From Eledone cirrhosa (Eukaryota), in the NCBI GenBank assembly GCA_964016885.1, contig OZ024740.1:249364001-249428000 (forward strand): a stretch of 64,000 bases of DNA. The letters are read 5' to 3'. The notes under the pieces are model-generated. The model was given only the letters and a program-made list of their open reading frames with translations, had not been told where the DNA came from and did not search any database. This document shows positions 24,395 to 35,777 of the stretch, piece by piece; within the stretch, counting starts at the first letter, position 1; the number at the start of each line of letters is the position of its first letter. The translations under genes were made by a program, and so were the position numbers.

Positions 24395-27300
24395 CAGATT
24401 ACATCTTCTTAGAGAACTACAAGAGAAGTTCCTAGCCAAGAATAAACCACTATATTTAGCTTTTGTTGATCAAGAAAATACCTTTGACAGAGTGAGAGTA
24501 GGAAGTGAGTTTAGTGAAAAATTCAAGGTGCATGTAGTAGTTCATCTGAGTTCGGTTCTCAGCCCACTGGTGTTCATTATAGTTCTCCAGGCCATAACAG
24601 AGGAGTTTAAGACTAGTTGTCTATGGGATCTTCTCTATGCAGATGATCTGGTCCTTATAGCTGAAACCATAACAGAACTAGAGAATAAATTCTGACTATG
24701 GAAAAAGAATTTGGAATCAAAAGGACTGTGAGTAAAACTAAAGTGTTAGTAAGTAGGAAGTGGCCTTGCTCAATATGTAGAAAAGGAATAGGCATAAACT
24801 TGGGTACACAAGAGATGTAGTAGGATAACAGGCAGACTAACAAGAAGAGAAGATTTTGTAAGAAGGTGTATAGGGCTAATCAACGGGAAGAGCATCATTG
24901 ATATAAATCTTTTTCCATGGAAGTGGTTGATAGCTTCTGCTATCTATGTAATGTGAAAGCTACTGCACTTACCACAATTCTGTTAGTTCACTCAGCGAAC
25001 TCGCCTCATCCACGTGGGTATATCCGTTCGTCGGTTGCAGCTCCCGGTCACACGTCCGTTCGTCAAGGGTCACAGTCCCGAAAGAGGGCACACAGGGTAT
25101 GCATCTTGCATCACTTCCTCTTCCACCTCCGGTCGATCGTCCCCAGCTTCCGGTCACCTCCTCCACACCACCACACTATCCCCACACGCCCCCCTGATCT
25201 CAAGGATCAATCTCCCCCTCACATTGCTGTATGTCATAATCTGTCGTCCAGCCAGGCGGTCGGCAATCTCGCTGCGATCTCCGTAATGTTGGGGCAGTGC
25301 TTTGGATTTCCTCTTCCTTGGAGTCCATCGACACAACGACTCTACGGACATCCAGGACATGACGTGGCACTCCGTCCACGGACAAGTTATTCTGGGAATT
25401 TACGGCCGTTACCGTTCCCTTTCCCCATTGAGATGTGCAACGTGCGTCTGGGGGCTTAACCCAGACTTCTTCACTCACCTGTACGAATGCGTTCTCTCTC
25501 TCTCTCCACTGGCCATTGTGGTACAGTGCACGGGTGCCACCACTCGTATCTGTATATTGCTCTGTGTGGCACCGATTCCTCAGCCTGTCCCACCCGAGGG
25601 GACATGTTGTACCAAAACACTACTTCCATTGGTGAGATGTGCCCCTGCTCCGCTATTGCTTTGATTGTGTGGTGGTATCGCTCCACGATTCCATTTCCGC
25701 TCGGTCTGTATGCTGCTCTGAAATAGCGGTCCACCTTCCACCCATCAAGCATCTCCCTCAGCGCCTCCGAGCAGAACGCTGTGCTGTTGTCCATCAGCAG
25801 TTCATCCACAGGGCCCCGCTCCAAGAATATCTCTCTCAACGTCCGTGTGATTTTCTCCGCAGTTCCCGTCTTCATTTCCCTCCATATCGCCATCCGTCCC
25901 AGACCACAGTCAACCATCGAGAGGTATGTTCCCTGTCGGTAGTGTGTTACGTCCACCGCCAATCACTTCCAGTCGCGATCCACCGATAGACTGACATCGG
26001 ACGCAGCCTCTGACCACTCTCTGGACACTGTATCTGCTAACGTCGGAGTCGATTCTCCTGGCTAGGAACAGGGTCCTATCCACTCCCATGTGGTGCATGT
26101 CATGCAACCCTTTAAGCTCCGACCCGCTCAGCCGACACACAGCAGCTATCCACTAGGATGTCGTCGATGTAGGAATTGGTAACCCTCTTCATCTTGTTGG
26201 CCTTTTCCAGAATATGGTCTTGAGGACCGAAGCCATGATCTTCGGTGCAGAGTTCACCCCAAGCCGAGCCTGGTCAGGCAATATGTCCAGCCCTTACACC
26301 TGACCAGCTGATACTGCCACAGCTTCTCCTCCACGTGTAGCTGTAGATATGCCGACTTTAAATCGACGATTGTGGAAGCCCTCCCCCCCCGTCATACGTC
26401 TCCACTCACGCAGGGTTTCCCCGCAGACATCCGTGACCTCCCCACCCGTGTGGCACGACACGTGCTCATTCAGCTCCCGAAAGTCCAATACCGGTCTCAC
26501 CTTGTTCTTCGTGGGTTGCGCCACCACCATTAACAGCAGCACCCCACACTTCACCTCCTCCTTCCAGGGAAGCAGTATGCCCTCCTCGATCCATCTCTTT
26601 ACCTCTTGCTCAAACTCACTCCTAGTGTCTCCTTTCAATGTGTGCTGATAGCAGCCCACTTTGTTCTTCAGTGTTGGTGGTTCTCCCTTCCAGTACCACT
26701 CAACAACCCATCATTACCCGTCGAACATGGCCTTGAAGTCCTTATCCTGCACAGTGTAAGCAGCATATTTTTTCCTCATGGGCCTTCTCGTTCTCCTGTC
26801 GCATACTCACAGCACATACCGGTGTGGCGCTGCCTAACATCATGCCGCCATCGTTCACTGTGACGCCTCCTAAATAGCCAATCGCGTCCATGCCCATAAC
26901 TACGCCGATTCCATCCACCACGCAGTCGACCACAATGGCCGAAAGCCTTATTTTCTTTCCCCGTACCACCATCACCACCTCGCTACGACCTCGACATTCA
27001 ATCTTCCTACCGTTGACTGCCTTTACGCTACTCTTCCCTCTCCACTTCTGCATCACCCCTGTGGTCACTAGTGTCGTCGTACAGCCCGTGTCCACGAGGG
27101 CTCGTAATAGTTTTCCCCTCACAAAACTTTCACCACGGGCAGCGCCTCTACTCGCGAGGAGTAGCTACTGGTGCAGTAGCCCCCCCTGGACCATTTACCT
27201 GGTCGCAACTGGTAGCGATGTGGCCTGGCCGCTTACACCGGTAGCAAATTATGTCCAGCCTTGACTCTCTACAGTCTCTTGCCATGTACGCGCCCTGGCA

Positions 27301-28670
27301 CCTAAAACAACCACCTCTAAACGTTCACGAGCGACTGCGCACCATGTTTGTCTCCCTTTCGCCATTTCACTGTCGGCTGCCCCGGGCCTCCGTCGGTGCT
27401 ATTGCCGCAACACTCTTCTTGGCATTCTCTGCTATGATGCGGGCTTGCTCTACCAGTGCACGCATCTCCATTTCCTTGTAGCCAGGTATTTGCTGTAGTT
27501 TCATCCGGAAATCCGTTTATGAACGCCAACCGCACCACATGTTCGCATTCCACCTGAAACCCAGCCAGCATGGCCAGTCGCCTTATCTCCGCTGCAAAAA
27601 TATCCACACGCTCACTGTTCCACCTAATCCTTGCCAGCTTAACAAACGCAGAAAGCGGTCCTTCCGCGAACGCTTCCATCATACGCCGCTCAATTTTTTG
27701 CGCGTCCCTCTAGTTGAGGTCGTCCATTTGTAGGTACAACGTTAGCGTGTCGCCCTCGAGATAGAGTGCGATGAGGCCCACTACATCGTCTATCTGTTGT
27801 AGCCCAGCGACCAGCCAAACTTTTCGCATCCAGGCGACAATGTTACCCTCACTGGTAAAAGCTCTAATTACTTCTCCGCTCATCCGTAATCTCGTCGCCA
27901 TCTCCTTAGTCCTGCGGTAAGTAACAAACAACAGAATCCTCTCTGTTTTCCATTAGCTTTGTCTTAAAAAAAAAATTCTTCTTTTTTTTCTTTTTTCAAT
28001 TTGAAAGCTACTGCACTTACTGCAATTCTGTTAGTTCACTCAGCGAACTTGCCTCATCCACGTGGATATATCCGTTCGTCAGTTGCAGCTCCCGGTCACA
28101 TGTCGTTTCGTCAAGGGTCACAGTCCCGAAAGAGGGCACACAGGGTACGCATCTCGCGTCACTTCCTCTTCCGCCTCCAGTTGATCATCCCCAGCTTCTG
28201 GTCACCTCCTCCACACCACCACACTATCCCCACAATCTAGATGGCCTAATTAGCAGCAGAAGAAAGGTGCTCCGAGAGAATAATAGCTAGAATAGGGATA
28301 AGATGGAAGAAGTTTAGAGAGCTACTTCCACTGTTGACAACAAAGGTTTTTCCCTATGTAGAAAAGGATAGCTGTATGATGCCTGTGTGTAAAGTGCAAT
28401 GCTGCATAGTAATAAAATATAGGCAATGATAGCAAAGGACAGGTGTAGGCTGGAGAGAAATGAAGCAAAAATGGTTCACTTGCAGAGCTTTGATGAGAGA
28501 GAAACTGGGTTTAGGAGGAATCTGAGGTGGTGTGCAAGAAAGAAGACTGGATTGGTATGGGCATGTGATGTGCATGAATGATGATCTCTGGATGAAGAAG
28601 TGTCAGGAAATCCCAGTAGAAGAAAGCTGGAGTAGACTCACAGAGGGGACGACGAAGGAATGCGGCAGTT
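24395..28670 (+). mobile_element. RTE-clade LINE (PHD-insert family) fragment, split by an LTR element
   Basis: LQEKFLAKNKPLYLAFVD, LLYADDL, then DSFCYL before 24947, continuing DGLISSR..WKKFRELLPLLTTK after 28234. Confidence 0.8.
24947..28234 (-). mobile_element. Compact Ty3/Gypsy-like LTR element with both LTRs (24947-25186, ~27996-28234) and 5-bp TSD ATCTA
   Basis: Paired ~240-bp LTRs; TSD at 24942-24946 and 28235-28239; PPT AGGGGGGCG; gag, protease (ALVDTGCTT), RT (RPVLDFRELN), integrase (H..HHMG, C..CQS, AVDVTHY, GNGIVERYH). Confidence 0.9.
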
Positions 28671-28767
28671 AGAGATGCTGTGCTGAGAAGGGCCCATCCA
28701 ACCCATGCATATATCATCATCATTTAACGTCTATTTTCCCTGCTAGCAAGGGGTATATATATATATA

Positions 28768-29395
28768 TTCAAGCAATTGATGTTAAAACCCGAAAAATCC
28801 TAAACAACACCGGAAACTTCCACATCAACAGTGACATAGACTGCTTCTACTTGAAACATAAGCAGGGAGGCAGAGGCCTAACATCAGTCCAGACAGCACT
28901 TGAGTGCTGCATCATATCCCTCTAACAACATCTACAAACCTCCAAGCATAGGAGCCCTTCTATTGAGCAAGTCTATCTGGCATGAGATAGATAAGATCAT
29001 GAGAGTTGGGAAGGAACTTCTTGAAACATACTCCCTGTGTGATAATCAAACTGTCATATCCAGGGAAATTGCTCAGCAATACCACAGTGAATCCATGTAT
29101 GAGAAACTGCATGCTTATCAGCAAAAAATCATGCATGGATATGTATGTTGCCACGAAGCTCCAGAGCGAGAGCAAAGTAGTCTACCCTGGACCAACAACT
29201 GGTTGGCTTTCAGTTTGAAGGATACACTTTTGCAATCCAAGAACAGGAAATCAATGCAAAATATCTGATTCACAAAAGAGATAGAGTTGCAGGCAAAAAC
29301 ACCTAGATGTGACAAGTGCAGACTCTGCAGAATTAACACCAAAGATGTCTCCTATGTCATAAGCAACTGTCCAAAGATGTCATCACAATACTAGT
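28768..29395 (+). mobile_element. R4/Dong-like fragment (RT thumb to zinc knuckle)
   Basis: Manual translation: IDVKTRKIL..FHINSDID..GGRGL, EGYTFAIQEQEI, CRLC..VISNCPKM. Confidence 0.7.
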
Positions 29396-29399
29396 TTAA

Positions 29400-30500
29400 G
29401 TAGGAGTCCCATGAAAAATGTATAGAAATGATCAGCGACAGTGATGTGGAATTCCATGGGATTGATACCAGTGAGCTGGGACTCCTATTTAAACTCATAT
29501 ATAATAAGGAATACCTAGACACACCTAATCTCAGCAACCTCTACCCCACAAGGCTAGAAAGAGGCAGACCACACACCATTACCTCAATGGCAAAGAAGAC
29601 CCACACAGAAAGATGGAGCCGGTGGACCAGAGCCATATGGACCCCCGAAAACCATGTTGAATTAAAGACAATGGTCACATACGAGGGGGGGGGGGGCAGT
29701 ATAAAACTAGCCCTTAAGGAACATATGTTCAAATTTAATGGCAAAACATGTGCCCAAGAGGAAGAAGCAGCCATTGGCATTAGCATTGCAGGTGACATAG
29801 CTAATCTCTTTATGATATGGTGGGACAGAAAACTTAAAGAACAACTAGACGACAGTTTTATAACCCTAACTGTGAACTCCTGCTATGTGGATGACATAAA
29901 TATTGTAGTAAAAACACCCCCACAGGAGAACAGTCAGGAGATAAAAATTATATCCACACACAGAAAAGATTCAATGCTCAGGCAAATCACAGAGGTGACA
30001 AATATAAACGAATCTCAACCAAAATTAAACAGAAAACATGAGTGGAATAGCAACATCACAACTAGTAATTAAGGAAAAAATGAAGACATACAGATACACA
30101 CAAAAAACCAAACTAATAAAACAGACCAGACACACACAGATAGAACAAACAACCAACTAGTAACAAGTAAATAAACACATAAATAAATAAAAACACACAC
30201 CCGGATGTAACGCATGCGCAAACTAAGCACACAACACACAAAAACAAGATGGTGTAGGACAGAACAAAGGAAGGACACTCAAAATAAAAACCTAGTCACT
30301 GAGAGGTCACAGAATGTGTGACGAAAGAGCTTTGACAATATATAAACAATATTCCGGTTATCTAACCAACCAACCGGAAATTTATAATAAATTGAAGTGA
30401 AAACCAACAGGTGCATGTGTTTTTACTGGCAACATGTTCTTCCCAAAGTATAACAATATCTCTTTCAACACACGTTTTCAGATAAGAAATCTCGTAGAAC
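29400..30500 (+). mobile_element. Penelope-like element fragment (RT plus terminal-repeat region)
   Basis: ORF 29428-30072 has FKFNGK..Q..AIG..IANLFM..W..YVDDI; downstream region is homologous to 53090-53420 plus 57070-57245 and contains a hammerhead-like motif. Confidence 0.75.
30295..30336 (+). ncRNA. Degenerate minimal hammerhead ribozyme (Penelope type)
   Basis: GTCA-CTGA(-)GA-G-GTCACA gaatg TGTGAC-GAAA-GAGC-TT-TGAC; N7 missing; homolog at 53305-53346 has CTGATGA but AAAA in place of GAAA. Confidence 0.6.
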
Positions 30501-30574
30501 AAATTCGAAAACGAATTATATATATATATAGTCAAATATATAGATTGAAAAATTAGTTTTTAAATCATTTAAAA

Positions 30575-30696
30575 TTCTTTACGCGTTTCAAGAGAGTTGT
30601 ACATCTAATTATTCGAAAATGTTAGGTAAAAAATTCGTATAATCAATATCTATACATAATAAGGTATATTTTTGTACTTCTCCATCAACAGAAGAA
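30575..30696 (-). ncRNA. Degenerate hammerhead with long stem II
   Basis: Minus strand TTCTT-CTGTTGA-..GAGAAGTACA...TGTACAACTCTC..-GAAACGCGTA-AAGAA; core A6 mutated. Confidence 0.5.
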
Positions 30697-31279
30697 GAAA
30701 AACGTATTAAATCGAAGCATTTAATTCGTACCTTAGTATGGCGAGAGCGTAAAATATGAAAACTAACAGTCTTTTTTCTCACAACGGTATTTTTTCTAGG
30801 GTTAAAAAAAGAAAAAAAAAATTGAATTCAAAAGCCAAGAAAAAAATATATATATATATATGTTTTACTTGTAATTAAAGGGAAATAATTCATGAAAATT
30901 ATATATTTTGTAGAATTATATTAAAATAAAATTTGAAATAAACAGCATTTACCTACTTATAAATAGATGTGTATATAGCGACACATTTGCATACACACAG
31001 ATATACCTATACTTATATCGGCTCACTGACACACCTGAATACGTACATATACATACAGATATATACACATATACCTGCGTCAGTTGTTAGCTGCTGAGAC
31101 ACTGCATCCTTTAAAACCCTCATGCTTCCCGAAATTCGCCAAAACTTCACCTGATGTCCCCCTTCCATACACATGTGTATATCATGACTCATGCACTGTT
31201 CATTTTCCTGACGTTTGTACATTACCCTATGTACTATACATACACTTTTGATGAGTTGTAGTGCACCTGAGCACTGTAC

Positions 31280-32170
31280 ACATTATTTTCATTATTATTA
31301 TTATTATTATTATTATATATTCATAGACATATACATGTGCATATATATATATATACACACATACACGCACACACTTATATACCTATATACTTACAGCTCC
31401 ATATATACATATATATATATATGTGTGTGTGTGTGTATGTATGTATATATAAACACCCACATACATACTTATATATACATATAAATATATGCACATACAT
31501 ACTTACATGCATACACATATATCTAGAATTGTATGTTCCCAGACATATAGATATATACATTATAAAAACACCCACTTGAATGTGCATACAGAATTTCACC
31601 TTGATATCAACAGTTTTATGATTAAATCTGAGAGTACTCCAAACACACATAAACAGACAGTTATATACTTGCACAGAGATATAATCACCTATACATGATA
31701 GTATACAAGGTACCCACATAGTATACAAGTATATACCCACATCTATACCTGATAGTATACAACTGCCACTTGTAATAAGAATTAGGTCTGAAGAAAGATA
31801 AATTTCTTAAGAAGAAAGAGTTGGAAGGGCAGACATAAATACAGGGCATATATGCATAAAAATATTCATATCATAAATACACATACCAATAATCCTGGAA
31901 TTGCATATTCCAGCCAAATATGTTGATATAGAGAATCCTCTTTCATAAAGATATCAAAGTTTATCAACATAGAGAGAAACTGTTATATACATAAGTACAC
32001 ATGTACATATTCATATATCTGGAACAAAATACACACACACACACATATAAATCTATACATTCATGTAAATACTTACGCATACACATACATTCCCTTAAAT
32101 ATAGATATACATGCACACCCTAAGATATACACATATGTATGCATCCCTAGTTATAAACACACACATCAAT
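31280..32170. repeat. Low-complexity (TA)/(CA)/(ATT) microsatellite field
   Basis: Read directly. Confidence 0.85.
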
Positions 32171-32259
32171 ATATTTATGAAAAAAGGGGAACTAGAGGAA
32201 ACACTAGGTGGGATTGTATACCTTATTACAGAATGAATAAGAGAGGCAATGAGGACAAT

Positions 32260-32720
32260 TAATTACTCATTCCTATTATTTAAAGGATTTCAGGTCATCA
32301 TTGTGATAAATATGTCTCTGATAAACATAACAGACAAGATGCTTTATTGCCATTATAGGGAATAGATTAGTCCAATATTTCCCATTGGAGTTTATAGCTA
32401 GTTTTAGGCTCAATTAGAGTAGTTATATACCTTGCTAAGGAAGTAGTATACTTAAGCTTATTGTTTTTATACAAGTGTAAATGGTAATTATACCGAGGTT
32501 TAAATGGATTTGCTGTGGCCGCAATATATGAACTAGTTGAGTGTGTTCTTACAGTCCATTTAAAAACTATATTTGTTAGGCAGAAACCATTGAAGGGACT
32601 ATTAGTTGGAACTCTACAGTTACAGTCCTGATGAGAAAAATAAGTAGAATTTTTGGAAGGATTTGAGAAATATTACTTATATTAGTGGAATTGGTATTAA
32701 GCAGATTATGTTGAAATGTA
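32260..32720 (-). mobile_element. Penelope-like GIY-YIG endonuclease remnant
   Basis: Manual translation: CNCRVPTNSPFNGFCLTNIVFKWTV..SYIAATANPFKPRYNYH..TTSLARYI..WEIL..CLLCLSE..LNNRNE. Confidence 0.7.
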
Positions 32721-32849
32721 TTAATGTTGTTCTCTTCAAATCAATATAATATATAAACACATTGAACTAATTATGAAAACATGGCAATTATATACTATCA
32801 TATATAAATCTCTACTTACCTTTAAGCCTTGTATATTTAGTTTTACCTA

Positions 32850-35755
32850 AGAGACTAGATGGAGCGGAATGTCAGCTAGATTTCTTGTAGGCAAAAAACG
32901 ATATGCTACAAATTTTTCTGGGTGGGAAATGACAATGCGTTGAGTGGAGTAGGGATTTTGATGGCAGAAAAATGGGTAAACAAAGTTATTGCTGTAAATA
33001 GAATAAATGACAGAATAATTAAAATTAGACATGTACAAAATAGAATAGCCATGGCAATTATATCTGGATTTGCACCTCAATCTGGACTGCCAGTCATACT
33101 AAAAGACAGGTTTTATGAGTCCCTAATGCACATAACTTCCCAAATAAATGACAGCGACCTCATACTCATTGCAGGTGACTTTAATGGGCATGTTTGGCAA
33201 CACTGCTAGTGCTATGAGGGGATCCACTGGGGTTACGGGTTCAGCACTGGAAACGAAGGGTTCAGACTCTTGGAATTCTGTGATGTAAATTATTTATTTA
33301 TGTGTAACATGAACTTCAAAAAATGAGACAACCATTTAATTACCTATAGATCTAGTGGACATACCAGCCAAATAGATTTCATTCTTACCAGAAGACAAGA
33401 CAGTGACGGTTAGGAACACAAATCCCTCCCTATTGAAGAATGCACCTCCCAACATGACTTAGTAGTTAATGACCTTATAGTCAGGGCTAGAAGAACCCAG
33501 CAACAGAAGACAACCTGGAGGAGAATATGGAAGTTAAAATACCCATCAACCAGTAACAAATTTAGAAATATGTTGATTGATGCCTTCAACAGTAAGGAAG
33601 AGTAAATAGAGTAAAAGAACAGTGGGAGTTCCTGAAAGGTAACCTACTGAAGGCAACAGATATAATCTGTGGCTGGAGTAGGTCCCTAGGGAGACAGAGT
33701 GGGACTTGGTGGTGGAATAGTAAGGTTGACGATACAATTAAGACCAAAAGACAGGCTTGGAAAGATTGGCTAAATTGGGGTAGCAGAGAAAGAAGTCTAC
33801 CAGAAGGCTAGGAGAGAAGCTACATGACAAATATACCCTGCAAGAAGGGAAACAGAAAACAAAAAATTTAAGCATGTTTTGCAGCGTGAGGATCAAAGGC
33901 ATGAGGTGTTCAAGATCGCAAGATAGAGTGTCAGGGAAAATTGTGATATCAGTGGGCAGAAGTGTGTCCGAAATTATTTTGGCAAACTTGTCCTCACTGA
34001 TGCTGAAAAGAAGGTAGCATGGAAGTGCCACTATGAAAGATTACTGAATGAGGAGAATGCAGAGGAAAAAAAATAATTTGCCCCATGTCAACCCAACAGA
34101 GGGATCAGCAATACAAGTCAGCATTAGTATAGTAAGTAAAGCAATCAAGGACATGAAGACAGGCAGGGCAGCTGGACCCTCAGGGATAGTTGCTGAGATG
34201 CTGAAAGCATCAGGTATGGTGGGCCACACCATAGTCTCCCGCATTGTAAACCAAGTTTTACAAAATAGTGTCATACCCAATGACTGGTGTAGTAGTATCA
34301 TTGTAAACTGCTACAAGAGCAGAGGTGATGCTCTAGATAGAGAAAACTATAGAAGCATTAAGTTGGTTGACCAGGTGATGAAGGTCACTGAAAGAGTCAT
34401 AGCTCAGCTGATTAGAGAACAAGTTAACCTAGATGAAATGCAGTTTGGATTTGTACCAGGTAAGAGTACCACTTCCTTGTAATGCAACTGTAGGAGAAGT
34501 ACCTAGCTAAAGGTAAAACCCCTCTACTTGGCTTTTATGGACCCGGAGAAAGCTTTTGACAGTCTCCCATTCCATAGGAGTAGATGAGTGGCTTCTGAGG
34601 CCAGTACAAACCATGTATAGAGGAACAGTCAGTAAAGTCAGAATTAACAATGACTATGGCAAAGAATTTAGCGTGCAGGTTGGTGTCCATCAGGGCTCAG
34701 TTCTTAGCCCTCTCCTGTTTATTATCATCCTGCAGGCAATAACAGAGAACTTTAAAACTAGCTGCCCATGGGAAGTCCGGTATGCAGAAGACCTAACTCT
34801 TATAGCTGAATTAGAGATGAAATTCCAAACCTGGAAACATGGCCTAGAATCAGAAGGTCTTAAAGTCAACTTGTCAAAGACTAAAGTTCTAGTATGTAGA
34901 AAGGAAAACAGGGCCCACATCTCCTCAGGGAAATGGCTTTGCTCAGTGTGCAGAAAAGGAGTAGGAAGAAATTCCATCCTATGTCCCAAATGCAAACTAT
35001 GGGTACATGAGAGATGTAGTGGGATCTCAAGCAGGCTAACAAAGAACATAGATTTTATATGTGTCCAGTGCACAGGGACAGTAAGTAGCAAGAGCTCTCA
35101 GAATAGAAACTCCTTCAAATGCCCAGAGGACTCTGTAGAAATAGTAGATAGTTTCTGTTACCTGGGTGACCGAATTAGCTGATGAGGAGGGTGTTCTGAA
35201 AGCACAGAAACCAAAGTGGAGAAACTTCAGGGAGTTACTACTGCTGCTAACTACAAAAGCTGAGGACCTGCGAAGATTGGAAAGAAATGAAGCCTCCATA
35301 CTTCGATAGATGTGCAAAAGTAATATACATGAATGACAAAGCATAAATGAACTGCAAGAGAAATTAGGCATAAGGGGGATCAGATTGAGTCAGCAGGAGA
35401 GGAAATTGCATTGGTATGGACATGTAATGCATATGAAGAATGACAGCTATACGAAAAGGTGCAAAGCACTCAAAGTAAACGAAATCTATGGACTGGGCAG
35501 GCTTGGGAAGACTGTAAAGAGGTCGTTTTGGTGATAAAAAGTGTCCAGTCCACATTGTAAAGTGGCCGTGTAGGAGTCACACTAAAAAACACCCAGCCCA
35601 CATTGCATACACAGTAAATGTGGTTAGTGTTAGGAAGGGCATCTAGTCGTAGAAACCAAACCAAAATCAGTTCTGTGTGAGCAAAACATGGTCTTCCGAT
35701 CTGGATGTCTTACAATGGGACAGACGTTAAACGATGATGATGATGGATGATGATG
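32850..35755 (+). mobile_element. RTE-clade LINE (PHD-insert family), APE plus RT, decayed, (GAT)n tail
   Basis: GVGILMAEKW, GFAPQSG, AGDFNGHV, AAGPSGIVAEML, MQFGFVPG, GVHQGSVLSPLLF, Cys/His insert, DSFCYLG; ends GACGTTAAACGATGATGATG. Confidence 0.88.
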
Positions 35756-35777
35756 TATATATATATATAATTCAAGT

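Noticed and set aside
24917-25459. 180-aa ORF repeated at 28001-28240
   Set aside because: It reads through the LTR antisense; the repeat is just the LTR pair.
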